Shown here: one piece after another, positions 63,883 to 64,000 of the stretch | Position numbering within the stretch: position 1 is the first letter of the stretch | Layout of the letters: every line of letters starts with the position of its first letter | NCBI GenBank assembly: GCA_030390025.1 | Contig: CM059432.1 | Location: 100,442,001-100,506,000, forward strand | Reading direction: 5' to 3' | Origin: Squalus acanthias | Lineage: Eukaryota | DNA length: 64,000 bases | Program-made: the position numbers and the translations under genes | The notes under the pieces: model-generated | The model's input: only the letters and a program-made list of their open reading frames with translations | The model's database searches: none | What the model was told of the DNA's origin: nothing

Positions 63883-64000
63883 CTTCACATCTAGGTATAG
63901 GGTGGTTCCAGTTACGGCTTATACCATGCAGACAAGTGAGTGCTGCCTCCCCAATTAAAGTGTAACCAAGGAGACACTCAAACGAGATGGTTCGTCCCAC
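63883..64000 (-). CDS. CSMD3: CSMD3 coding exon (5' part outside window); C-terminal half of a Sushi/CCP domain
   Basis: Minus strand reads VGRTISFECLLGYTLIGEAALTCLHGISRNWNHPIPRCE, then G|GTATGT donor (phase 1). Missed by the ORF track. Confidence 0.92.

Overview
Vertebrate nuclear DNA, very probably from a shark or other elasmobranch (HE1/V-SINE-like and SacSINE1-like SINEs, CR1/HER1-like LINEs). The window lies inside one large minus-strand gene that I recognise as CSMD3 (CUB and Sushi multiple domains 3). Six consecutive coding exons (63883->64000 partial, 59874-60051, 42636-42781, 41212-41292, 17845-17958, 11820-12008) splice GT-AG and in phase into Sushi-CUB-Sushi-CUB. About 99% of the window is intron, filled with CR1, L2 and RTE LINE fragments, tRNA-derived SINEs, a Penelope-like element and many PIF/Harbinger DNA transposons (two two-gene copies, one deleted copy, and more than 10 MITEs with 3-bp TSDs). 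Highlights: (1) minimal type I hammerhead ribozyme motifs in Penelope-derived repeats, two of them sense to CSMD3 in the same intron; (2) a 1.1-kb ORF-bearing, TSD-flanked retro-insert in the A-box of a tRNA-derived SINE; (3) a nested Harbinger>Harbinger>RTE stack with a self-templated patch in the transposase; (4) MITEs carrying clusters of consensus 5' splice sites. Family names come from my recognition of motifs, not from database searches. There are no prokaryotic features.
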